A stretch of DNA of 23,280 nt from Candidatus Sericytochromatia bacterium (lineage in GTDB: Bacteria; Cyanobacteriota; Sericytochromatia; S15B-MN24; VGJW01). The translations under genes were made by a program, and so were the position numbers. Positions 1 to 8,078 of the stretch are shown piece by piece. The notes beneath the pieces were generated by a model, which was not told where the DNA came from, ran no database searches, and saw only the letters and a list, made by a program, of their open reading frames with translations. The DNA is taken from NCBI GenBank assembly GCA_035285865.1, contig JAYKHS010000013.1, positions 1 through 23,280 on the forward strand, read 5' to 3'. Position 1 is the first letter of the stretch. Every line of letters begins with the position of its first letter.

Positions 1-2
1 TC

Positions 3-584
3 GAAGGCCTGACGTGGTGGGATGCGTTGGCCTACGCAAATGCCCGATCCATGGCCGAGGGCCTTTCGCCTGTCTACCGTCTGACGGATTGTGCCGGACA
101 GCCCGGGCTCGGCATGACGTGTGCCAACGTCGAGGTTCTGGCACCCGGGGGCAGTCCCTATCTGGCAGCAGCCTATCGCTTGCCGACCGAGGCCGAGTGG
201 GAGTACGCCGCCCGGGCAGGGACCACGACCAACCTTTACATCGGTCACGTTGCCGAGGGGGATCCGCGCATAGCCGATGCAGCCTGGTATGAGGTCAATG
301 CCGGCGGGACCACGAAGCCGGTGCGCACGCGGCCAGCCAATCCCTGGGGCCTCTTTGACATGGCCGGTAATGTCTTCAACTGGGTCTGGGATGCGCAAAC
401 GGTCTATCCGGCTTCCGCCACGGATCCGTGGGCGCCGTATTCCGGGCAGAACGGAATCTGGCGCGGTGGGTGCTATCACCACGGCCTGTACTACTTGAGG
501 TCCGCAGCGCGGTACTTCCCCCCGTTGTCGACAACGGGCTTCGCAGCAGGAGTACGGCTGGCACGGACTCATCCTGCGCCCTGA
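3..584 (+). CDS. FGE-sulfatase (SUMF1/C-type-lectin fold) domain protein, 5'-partial
   Basis: The frame is open from the window start (EGLTWWDALAYAN). Family motifs: YRLPTEAEWEYAARAG, ANPWGLFDMAGNVFNWVWD, RGG...R...GVRLART. Stop TGA at 582-584. The catalytic Cys pair of true FGE is not evident. Confidence 0.9.
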   Translation, partial: EGLTWWDALAYANARSMAEGLSPVYRLTDCAGQPGLGMTCANVEVLAPGGSPYLAAAYRLPTEAEWEYAARAGTTTNLYIGHVAEGDPRIADAAWYEVNAGGTTKPVRTRPANPWGLFDMAGNVFNWVWDAQTVYPASATDPWAPYSGQNGIWRGGCYHHGLYYLRSAARYFPPLSTTGFAAGVRLARTHPAP

Positions 585-619
585 GAGCCGGCGGAGGCGA
601 TGCAGGGCGTCGAATCAGG

Positions 620-1564
620 TCAGGTGTTGCGCGACGCCACCACGGCCGCCACGGCCTGCCGCATGAACTCCGGAATGAAGGTGCCGTAGGTACGCGGCAT
701 GGACCCTTCGTCCGTCATCCGGAACTGGATTTCCTCGTATTTTGCCTGCCCGTGCTTGGCGATGATGCTCTCGCGCTGTTCGGGCTTGCTGAAGTGCGCC
801 TGCATGCCCTCGGGATCCGCTTCCGGGTGGAACTGACAGCCCAGGATCTCCGGGGACACGCGCATCGCCATGACGGCGCGCTCCAGAGGCACATGGGGCC
901 GCTCCTTCTCGATGGCGAGGATGCTGGCTCCGACGGCCTGGATGGTGTCATGACGAGGCTTGAGGACCTGCCACTCACGGAAGTCCGCACCGTAGAACGG
1001 GTCGGGGAGCCGGCCCATCACGGCATCGGACCGTCCGGCCTCCGTCAGGTGGACGGGCAGGATCCCGAAGGAACCTGAGCGCCTCGGTTCCACCTCGGCC
1101 AAGCCGAAATGGCGGCACATCATCTGGAAGGAATGGCAGATGGCGAGGAAGTATTTTCTCGGGCCTTTGCCCTGATTGTGGGCCCAGACCTCGTCCAGCA
1201 GCTTGAAGTAGGCAATTTCCCAAGCCTCGCCCTCGCCGTCGTAGGGGCTTCCCGGACCGCCGGAGCTGACGTAGATGTCGAAGCTGGCGTCGGGAACCTG
1301 CTGCGCCCCCCGGATGTCGAATTCGGTGACCTGCAGGTCCACGGCGGGGTGCGCCTTGGCTGCATCGGCCAGTTGTTGCCGAAGGCAGCGCATGCCCTGA
1401 TTGGCGACGCCCTTGTAGAGATCCAGCAGGGCAACCCGGACGACGGTCCTCGATGAAGCCGGTACGCCGCGGCGGCGACCGGTGCCGGCAGCACGCGTCC
1501 CGCGCGACCTCGAGGTCTCGGAGGTCGGGGCAAGGACGGCGCCGGCCGTGGGTTCAGGCGTCAT
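620..1564 (-). CDS. Class I glutamine amidotransferase-like protein (stand-alone GATase1)
   Basis: Motifs SSGGPGSP, nucleophile elbow LAICHSFQMM (Cys) and QFHPE (His-Glu of the triad). The ATG at 1564 has an upstream GAGGTGG Shine-Dalgarno, so it is preferred over the ORF-track start at 1705. Confidence 0.85.
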   Translation of the reverse strand: MTPEPTAGAVLAPTSETSRSRGTRAAGTGRRRGVPASSRTVVRVALLDLYKGVANQGMRCLRQQLADAAKAHPAVDLQVTEFDIRGAQQVPDASFDIYVSSGGPGSPYDGEGEAWEIAYFKLLDEVWAHNQGKGPRKYFLAICHSFQMMCRHFGLAEVEPRRSGSFGILPVHLTEAGRSDAVMGRLPDPFYGADFREWQVLKPRHDTIQAVGASILAIEKERPHVPLERAVMAMRVSPEILGCQFHPEADPEGMQAHFSKPEQRESIIAKHGQAKYEEIQFRMTDEGSMPRTYGTFIPEFMRQAVAAVVASRNT

Positions 1565-1734
1565 CAACCACCTCTTGATGGGGCCACGAGGCCCGCGACA
1601 TGTACACGATAGCCCAAAGCAGCGTCCTGACAAGGGTTTCGGGACGCAGGCACGGGTTCCTCGTCCGCCAGTGATGAAAATCGGGCGCGCTCGGCCGACG
1701 GTCAAGGCCCCGGCGATTGAGGTATGAAGGGGGC

Positions 1735-2439
1735 ATGGTCGACACGGCGCAAGTCGTCGAGGAGCTGTCGCCCGGAGGGCGTTACGGGCCTTCCGGGGGC
1801 ATGGCCGAGGTGTTGGCCCAGGGCGTGCCGGAAGGTCCGTGGATGTACCTTCCCTGCGACGTGCGGGGCCTGCCGCGTGCGCCCAGATCCTGGCATCCGG
1901 GGTGGGTGCTTCTGGTCATGGCCGGACTGTCCGGTACGGCCATCGGCTTGCTCTGGGGGGAGGGACTTCTGGCCATTCTCGGCTTCCTGGCCCTGGTCGG
2001 CGGTGGCCTGGGCCATGCGTTCTCGGGATGGCTTTCCGGGGTCTGGACCTGGTTGCAGGGCCAGGCTGGCGAGGTTTCCTGGGGTTCCGGTTGGATCGTT
2101 GCGACCAACGGGTCCGAGCTCCGTTTCGTGGAGTGGAGACGGCTCGAGGCCCGTGGTTCTTGGCAATGTCGGCTTGCGTGGCTGGGCCATCTGGACGCCT
2201 TGGGCGGACTCGGCCCGATGCGCTCGGGTCGCTTTCACCTTGAGGTGCCCGACCATCGCGCGGTCACCGTCGGTCCTCTTCCGGCCGGCCATCCCCTCAT
2301 GGCTTTGGTGACGTGCCGGAAGGGTTGTCTGATGGGCGTGCTGGACCTTTGGGCCCTGCTGGAGGCCCTGCGCGAGAAGGTGGCTCAGGTGCCCTTCGAC
2401 ATCGGGGCTCCGGTGCCCTTCCACACCCGCAGAAAGTGA
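1735..2439 (+). CDS. Hypothetical membrane protein (about 2 TM helices)
   Basis: ATG at 1735 follows GAAGGGGG. Hydrophobic stretches WVLLVMAGLSGTAIGLLW and LLAILGFLALVGGGLG. The stop lies 2 nt before the next ATG. Confidence 0.6.
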   Translation: MVDTAQVVEELSPGGRYGPSGGMAEVLAQGVPEGPWMYLPCDVRGLPRAPRSWHPGWVLLVMAGLSGTAIGLLWGEGLLAILGFLALVGGGLGHAFSGWLSGVWTWLQGQAGEVSWGSGWIVATNGSELRFVEWRRLEARGSWQCRLAWLGHLDALGGLGPMRSGRFHLEVPDHRAVTVGPLPAGHPLMALVTCRKGCLMGVLDLWALLEALREKVAQVPFDIGAPVPFHTRRK

Positions 2440-2441
2440 CG

Positions 2442-3443
2442 ATGGCGAACAGCGAGGGGAACCTGCCGTGGCAAGCTGAGCGCGGCATTCGTGGCCGTGC
2501 GCGAGGATGCCTCGCCGGTCTGCTCATCGGTGATGCCCTCGGCAGTCAGGTCGAGTTCGCAGACCCGCAGGCCATTCGCCGATGCTTCCCGGATGGTCTG
2601 CGCGATATGGGTCCCAGCAGGGTCTGGGGGACGCTTGCCGGCCAACCGACGGATGACGGCGAGATGGCCCTCGCGCTTGCGCGCGCGATGTGCGCGCTCG
2701 GAAGCTATCATCCCGACGAAGCCTTGGGCGCCTATCGCGCCTGGGCGCTGTCGCATCCCTTCGACATGGGCGGTACCGTTCGTGCGGGTCTCTTCGGGAC
2801 CCGGAACTTCCGCAGCGAGGCGAACGGTGCGTTGATGCGCGCGGCTCCGCTCGCCCTTCCAGGCGCAGGGGGCGATTTTGCCCGATGCGAGGACTGGGCC
2901 GAGCAGGATGCACTCCTGACCCATCCCGCGCCGACATGCCTCGCGGCCAACCGTCTCTACGTGGGGCTGATGGCGCGTGCCGTCGCGGGGGCATCCAGAG
3001 AGGCACTGGCGGCTCACACGCGGGCCGAGGCCACGGCCCCCGACTTTCCGCCCCGGCTTTCCGCGTGCGTCCTTGCCTCCTTCGAGGCCCCGCCCGAGGA
3101 CTACCTCACGCACGCAGGCCATGCCCTCGTGGCCTTGCAGCATGCCCTCTGGTGCGCGTGGCAGGAGCAAAGCGTGGAGGACCTGCTCGTCCGGACCATC
3201 ATGGAGGGTGGCGACAGCGACACCAATGCCGCGATCACCGGAGCCCTGCTGGGGGCGATGCACGGCATCGAGGCTTTCCCGTCCGCCTGGCTGGCGACGG
3301 TTCTGGCTTGTAGACCGGCAGCCGGACTGCCGGATGTGGAACAGCCACGACCGCCACGATATTGGCCCGGAGATTGCCTTGAACTCGCCGATGTCCTGAG
3401 TGGGTGGGCATCGGAGGCTGTCGTGCCAATTGCCCGAGCCTGA
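2442..3443 (+). CDS. ADP-ribosylglycohydrolase (DraG/ARH family)
   Basis: Motifs LAGLLIGDALG, QPTDDGEM, NGALMRAAP and GGDSDTNAAITGALLGA (metal-binding TDD and DxDT). Confidence 0.92.
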   Translation: MANSEGNLPWQAERGIRGRARGCLAGLLIGDALGSQVEFADPQAIRRCFPDGLRDMGPSRVWGTLAGQPTDDGEMALALARAMCALGSYHPDEALGAYRAWALSHPFDMGGTVRAGLFGTRNFRSEANGALMRAAPLALPGAGGDFARCEDWAEQDALLTHPAPTCLAANRLYVGLMARAVAGASREALAAHTRAEATAPDFPPRLSACVLASFEAPPEDYLTHAGHALVALQHALWCAWQEQSVEDLLVRTIMEGGDSDTNAAITGALLGAMHGIEAFPSAWLATVLACRPAAGLPDVEQPRPPRYWPGDCLELADVLSGWASEAVVPIARA

Positions 3444-3506
3444 GCCCTGGCGGGGCCGGGTGCACGCGCTGGCCGGAAGCCATCAAGGTTGTCTTTTGAT
3501 TAGCCT

Positions 3507-3526
3507 CTTGTTTCAATTGTGACAAG
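3507..3526. promoter_or_regulatory. Imperfect palindrome CTTGT-TT-CAATTG-TG-ACAAG, candidate operator upstream of the ether-lipid operon
   Basis: 16 of 20 positions are dyad-symmetric. It sits in an AT-rich patch about 120 nt upstream of the AGPS start. Confidence 0.4.
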
Positions 3527-3645
3527 TTTCCTGTTCCGACCCCATTGACGGGACCTGATCCGTCCGTTGTCCCTTGCGCAGCAGCCTGAGGGCCGGCCCC
3601 GTCCAGAAATATGCCTGTCTGCAGGTCTGTCCCCGAGGAGTTCTC

Positions 3646-5448
3646 ATGCGTCGTCGTCCCCCCCTGGCGCATCGGGAAGATTCCCGGTTCATCCCGAGCC
3701 TTCCTGCTTGGCCTTTGGCTGACGAGAACCCCGGACAGTGGGGCCATGCCGGCTCGCGTTTCCAGTTGGATGCCGACGGCCACGTCGTGATGACGGGCGG
3801 CCGCTACGCCATCAGTGGCAAGCCGCTCAAGAAGCTTCTGCCTTGGTTCCGCTCCATCATCGCCCTGCCGCTGGCGGCGGACGACATCATCCCGTCGACG
3901 TTTCCGCCTTCCGTCCCGGCTCCTGTCCAGAACCCGGCCTTCGTTGAGACGCTGCGTGCCCACCTCCCGGAGGAGGCCATCAGCCAGGACGGTTCAGTCC
4001 GCCTTCGCCACGGCCATGGGCATACGCAGGGTGAGCTCCATGACCTGCACCACGGCCAGGTGACCCGTGTCCCTGATCTGGTCGTCTTCCCGACGGAGGA
4101 AGAGCATGTGCTCGCGCTCGTCGATCTGGCGCGTGCCCATGACGTCGTGCTGGTTCCCTACGGTGGCGGCACCAATGTCACCGAGGCGCTCAAGTGCCGT
4201 CCTGAAGAACGCCGGATGATCGTTTCGGTGGACATGCGCCGCATGAACCGCATCCGCTGGGTCGATCGAGTGAACGGGATGGCCTGCATCGAGGCCGGGG
4301 CGACCGGGTCGCAGTTGGTTGAGCAGCTTGCGGAGCTGGGGCTGACGATGGGCCATGAGCCCGACAGCCTCGAGTTCTCCACGCTTGGCGGCTGGGTGGC
4401 AACCCACGCCAGCGGCATGAAGAAGAACCGCTACGGAAACATCGAGGACATCGTGCTCGATGTACGTGTCGCGACGGCTCAGGGCCTGCTGCACCGTCAG
4501 GCTGTCGCACCGCGGGAATCCGTCGGCATCGATCCCCGGTGGTGGCTCTTCGGCTCGGAGGGCAAGCTCGGCATCGTGACGGCGGCGATCGTCAAGGTGC
4601 ATCCGCTGCCCGAGGTTCAGGCCTACGACTCGGTGCTGCTGCCCGACTTCAGGGCAGGCATCGCCTTCATGCACGATCTGTCGCGCACGCGCCCCTGGCC
4701 TGCCAGCGCCCGATTGGTCGACAACGTGCAATTTCAATTCGCGATGGCCTTCAAGCCCGAGTCCCAGGGGCTGCACAAGCTGAAGTCCACGCTGTCGCGT
4801 CTGCTCGTGACCCGGGTGCTCGGTTACGCACCGGATCGGATGGTGGCGTGCACGCTGGTCTTCGAGGGCACGCGTGCCGAAGTCAAGGCCCAGCGCCAGA
4901 CCCTGGCCGTCCTTGCGAAGCGTCACTGCGGCATGTTGGCGGGGGGCGAGAACGGGGCCAGCGGTTATCAGTTGACCTTCGCCATCGCCTACATCCGGGA
5001 CTTCATGGCCCGCCACTGGGTCTTGGCCGAGTCCTTCGAGACCTCCGTGCCGTGGAGCAAGGTCGAATCCCTCTGTGACCGGGTCAAGGCCCGCATCCGC
5101 GACGAGCACGAGCGGCGCGGCCTGCCCGGCAAGCCGTTCGTGTCTTGCCGCGTGACGCAACTCTACGAGACGGGAGCTTGCGTCTACTTCTACTTCGCCT
5201 TTCACCACAAGGGCGTCGAGCGACCGATGGAGGTCTATGCGGCCATCGAGCATGCTGCGCGCGAGGAAATCCTGGCCTGCGGAGGCTCGCTCTCCCACCA
5301 TCACGGCATCGGCAAGCTGCGCGAGGGCTTCATGGCGGACATCCTTTCGCCGGCCGGCCTTGCGTGGCAGGAGCAGGTCAAGCGCGCGCTCGACCCCACG
5401 GACGTCTTCGGGTGCGGCAATCAGTCCGTCGAGGCGGCCCACGGATGA
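3646..5448 (+). CDS. agpS: Alkyldihydroxyacetonephosphate (alkylglycerone-phosphate) synthase, FAD-linked, eukaryote-like
   Basis: RBS GAGGAG. Motifs PYGGGTNV, GHEPDSLEFSTLGGWVATHASGMKKNRYGNIED, GSEGKLGIVT, PASARLVDNVQFQF, ESFETSVPW, CRVTQLYETGACVYFYFAF and GGSLSHHHGIGKLR. As I recall them, these closely match animal AGPS, including the catalytic His cluster, Tyr and Arg. Confidence 0.93.
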   Translation: MRRRPPLAHREDSRFIPSLPAWPLADENPGQWGHAGSRFQLDADGHVVMTGGRYAISGKPLKKLLPWFRSIIALPLAADDIIPSTFPPSVPAPVQNPAFVETLRAHLPEEAISQDGSVRLRHGHGHTQGELHDLHHGQVTRVPDLVVFPTEEEHVLALVDLARAHDVVLVPYGGGTNVTEALKCRPEERRMIVSVDMRRMNRIRWVDRVNGMACIEAGATGSQLVEQLAELGLTMGHEPDSLEFSTLGGWVATHASGMKKNRYGNIEDIVLDVRVATAQGLLHRQAVAPRESVGIDPRWWLFGSEGKLGIVTAAIVKVHPLPEVQAYDSVLLPDFRAGIAFMHDLSRTRPWPASARLVDNVQFQFAMAFKPESQGLHKLKSTLSRLLVTRVLGYAPDRMVACTLVFEGTRAEVKAQRQTLAVLAKRHCGMLAGGENGASGYQLTFAIAYIRDFMARHWVLAESFETSVPWSKVESLCDRVKARIRDEHERRGLPGKPFVSCRVTQLYETGACVYFYFAFHHKGVERPMEVYAAIEHAAREEILACGGSLSHHHGIGKLREGFMADILSPAGLAWQEQVKRALDPTDVFGCGNQSVEAAHG

Positions 5449-8078
5449 CGACTCGCGAACTTGGGCATCCGGCCCTCGAACTTCCCGGTGGCGTTCGTGT
5501 TGCCGAGGCCATGGAGGCCGTGCTGGTCACGGGGGCAACCGGATTCATCGGCAAGGTGCTCGTGGCGCGCCTCCTGCACGATGCGGAGGCACTCGGCCTG
5601 CAACGCCTGTACGTGCTGATTCGTCCCAAATCCGGTCATGCCCCGGCGGAGCGACTGCAGCGAGACCTGCTCTCATCGCCCTGCCTCGACGGACTATCAG
5701 CCGCGCAGTTGGCCAAGGTCCGCGTGGTCTCCGGTGATCCCACGTTGCCCGGCCTGGGCATGGAGCCCGAATTGCGGGAGACCCTGGGGCAGGACCTGAC
5801 CCATGTGCTGCACGTTGCGGCCTCGGTCCGGTTCGATCTGCCCTTGTCCGACGCCGCACTGCAAAACACGCACGCGACTCTGGCGATGCAGGACTGGGCT
5901 CGCGAGATGCCGCGTCTGCGCCGGCTCGTGCTGGTGTCCACGGCGTACGTCACGCCGTGGCGCGAGACGCCTGTCGTCGAAGCGTCGGTCACGGTATCGG
6001 AAGACCCCGAAGCCCTGTTCATCAGCATCGTGGCGGGCCGCGAGCGCGAGTCCGAGCACCTTGCGCGGACCGGGCATCCGAACACCTACACCTTCACCAA
6101 GGCCCTGGCGGAGCAGATTGCCCTGCGGCGACAGGGCGATCTGCCCATGGTCATCGTCCGGCCCAGCATCGTCTCGGCCTGCAGGCAGTTCCCCAGGGCC
6201 GGCTGGATCGACTCGGTGGCGGCCTTTGGCGCGTTCGCCTCGCTGGTCCTTGCCGGACGCCTGCGCGTGATCCTGGGCGGGCCGGGCGAACGCCTCGACA
6301 TCGTGCCTTGCGATGAGGTCGTGTCCCGGATCGTGGCTGCGGCAGCAGAACCCCTGGAGCCTGGCCAGGTGGCGATCCGTCATGCCGTCAGCGGCATCGA
6401 GCAGGGCCAGACCGTGGCCGAACTGGCGGGCGCGGTGCTGCGGCATGCCCAGGCCATGCCCCTTGGCGCCCGTCCTGAAGTGCGCTATCTCGGCCACCAT
6501 GGCTTGCGGGGCCGCCTCATGGAGTGGTGGCATCACCAGCTTCCGCTGACCCTGCAGATGCTGGTGCTCGGCGTGCTGGGCCAGAGCGAGGCCGTGTCCC
6601 AATTGCGCTGGCTCAGGGGTAATCTCGCCTCGATCAATGCGACCTTCCGGCACTTCACCACGCATACCTATCGCTTCGTGTCGACTTGGCCCATCGAGGC
6701 TCCCGTGCAGCACGATGCGTATGTCGGTGCTGCAATTGCGGGCCTGCGGCGTCATCTGGCGGCCGAGTGGTCGGGACACGCCGTCATCGCCGGATCCGAG
6801 GCCAAGGTCTGGTCCTCCGACTGGGCTTGGTTCCGCTCCCTCAGGGCTGGCCATCTGGTGCTGCGGCTTGCGGCTCTGCTGATGCTCAAGGTCCTGCGCA
6901 AGGCCTTCACCACGGTCTCGGTCGACGTGGATTCCTTCCGCCGTCACTTGGCGGATCTGCCCCCGGGAACGCCCATGGCCATCCTGCCGACGCATCGGAG
7001 TTTCCTGGACTTCGTGCTGGTTTCCTATCTGGGCGTCACGCGTCCTGAGCTGGGCATGCCCATCCCCCATGTGGCGGCGGCCGAGGAGTTCTCCAGAGTC
7101 CCGTTGCTGGGCTGGTTCTTCCGCAAGGCGCATGCCTTCTTCATTCGCAGGGGGCAGGGGCGTGCGGACGAACGCTTGAACGACACGGTCCGTGGCCTCG
7201 TGGACGAAGGCAAGGCCATCGAGTTCTATCCCGAGGGGCAGCGCAGCCGCACGCGGCAGTTCCTGCCGCCGCGTACCGGCATGATCCGCAGCCTGCAGGC
7301 GACGGGACGCGATATCCTCCTTGTTCCGGTAGCCATCAGTTTCGAACGCCTCGCCGAGGAGGATGCCCTTGCGCTCGAGCGCGAGGGGCATCCCCGGCCA
7401 CCCTTCACTCTCGGACCCCTGCTGCGCTGGACCCGTCGGATGTGGCGCGGAGAGGTACGCCTCGGGCGGGTCCACATGGCTTGTGCGGAGCCGCTGGTCC
7501 TGCGACCGGCCGATGATGCCCGGGCTGCGGCCGAGGCGGTCGTGGCGCGGTTGCGCAAGGCCACCGTCGTGACCCGCTGGCATCTCGAGACGTTCCTCGA
7601 CCACCATCCCGTGCCGGGCATCTCGGTGGACGACATCGTCCGGTGGATCGAGGCGCGCGGGGGGCGGGTACTGACCTCCGGCACACCGGAGCAGATGCGC
7701 GTTTCACGATTGGTGGCCGATTCGCTGGTCCATCAGTGGCTGCACCACTTCGTGGCCGACGCCCGTCTGCTGCATCCCGAGGATCCTTTCCTCGCGTCAC
7801 TCGATGCGCTGTGGGCCACGGACACGGCACAAGCCGAGGCGCGGACTGCAGCGGCCGCACTCAGGGACCCGGCCTGCCAGCGTTTCGTCTCGGTCGTGTA
7901 CGGTCCGCTGCTGCTGGATGCCCACCGCACGATTCAGTCGATGTCCGTATTCGCCTCGCCCCGGGTCCATCACGCCGTATCGCTCATGGCCGACCTGCCC
8001 GGGGCCAGCTTTGCGAATGTCGAACTGGCGATGGCTTTCCAGGGTGCCCGTCCGGGGCCGGCAAGGCCTGTCCGTTGA
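5445..8078 (+). CDS. Bifunctional fatty acyl-CoA reductase / glycerone-phosphate (or glycerol-3-phosphate) acyltransferase fusion (FARAT-like)
   Basis: N-terminal FAR motifs: LVTGATGFIGKVL, YVLIRPK, HVAASVRFD, VSTAYV, HPNTYTFTKALAE, IVRPSIV, GWID. C-terminal PlsB/GNPAT-type acyltransferase motifs: ILPTHRSFLDF (HxxxxD), AFFIRR, EFYPEGQRSRT, VPVAISFE. The start overlaps the AGPS stop (ATGA). Confidence 0.9.
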   Translation: MTTRELGHPALELPGGVRVAEAMEAVLVTGATGFIGKVLVARLLHDAEALGLQRLYVLIRPKSGHAPAERLQRDLLSSPCLDGLSAAQLAKVRVVSGDPTLPGLGMEPELRETLGQDLTHVLHVAASVRFDLPLSDAALQNTHATLAMQDWAREMPRLRRLVLVSTAYVTPWRETPVVEASVTVSEDPEALFISIVAGRERESEHLARTGHPNTYTFTKALAEQIALRRQGDLPMVIVRPSIVSACRQFPRAGWIDSVAAFGAFASLVLAGRLRVILGGPGERLDIVPCDEVVSRIVAAAAEPLEPGQVAIRHAVSGIEQGQTVAELAGAVLRHAQAMPLGARPEVRYLGHHGLRGRLMEWWHHQLPLTLQMLVLGVLGQSEAVSQLRWLRGNLASINATFRHFTTHTYRFVSTWPIEAPVQHDAYVGAAIAGLRRHLAAEWSGHAVIAGSEAKVWSSDWAWFRSLRAGHLVLRLAALLMLKVLRKAFTTVSVDVDSFRRHLADLPPGTPMAILPTHRSFLDFVLVSYLGVTRPELGMPIPHVAAAEEFSRVPLLGWFFRKAHAFFIRRGQGRADERLNDTVRGLVDEGKAIEFYPEGQRSRTRQFLPPRTGMIRSLQATGRDILLVPVAISFERLAEEDALALEREGHPRPPFTLGPLLRWTRRMWRGEVRLGRVHMACAEPLVLRPADDARAAAEAVVARLRKATVVTRWHLETFLDHHPVPGISVDDIVRWIEARGGRVLTSGTPEQMRVSRLVADSLVHQWLHHFVADARLLHPEDPFLASLDALWATDTAQAEARTAAAALRDPACQRFVSVVYGPLLLDAHRTIQSMSVFASPRVHHAVSLMADLPGASFANVELAMAFQGARPGPARPVR

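Noticed and set aside
440..584. Left FGE gene as a DGR target or true formylglycine-generating enzyme
   Set aside because: Its variable-position codons are not consistently NNC, no hairpin or template repeat follows, and the catalytic Cys pair is not evident.
5145..5444. ORF-track upstream extensions (e.g. starts 5145, 7643, 8818, 2313, 14432)
   Set aside because: They overlap neighbouring genes extensively. Coupled starts or RBS-supported starts downstream fit better.
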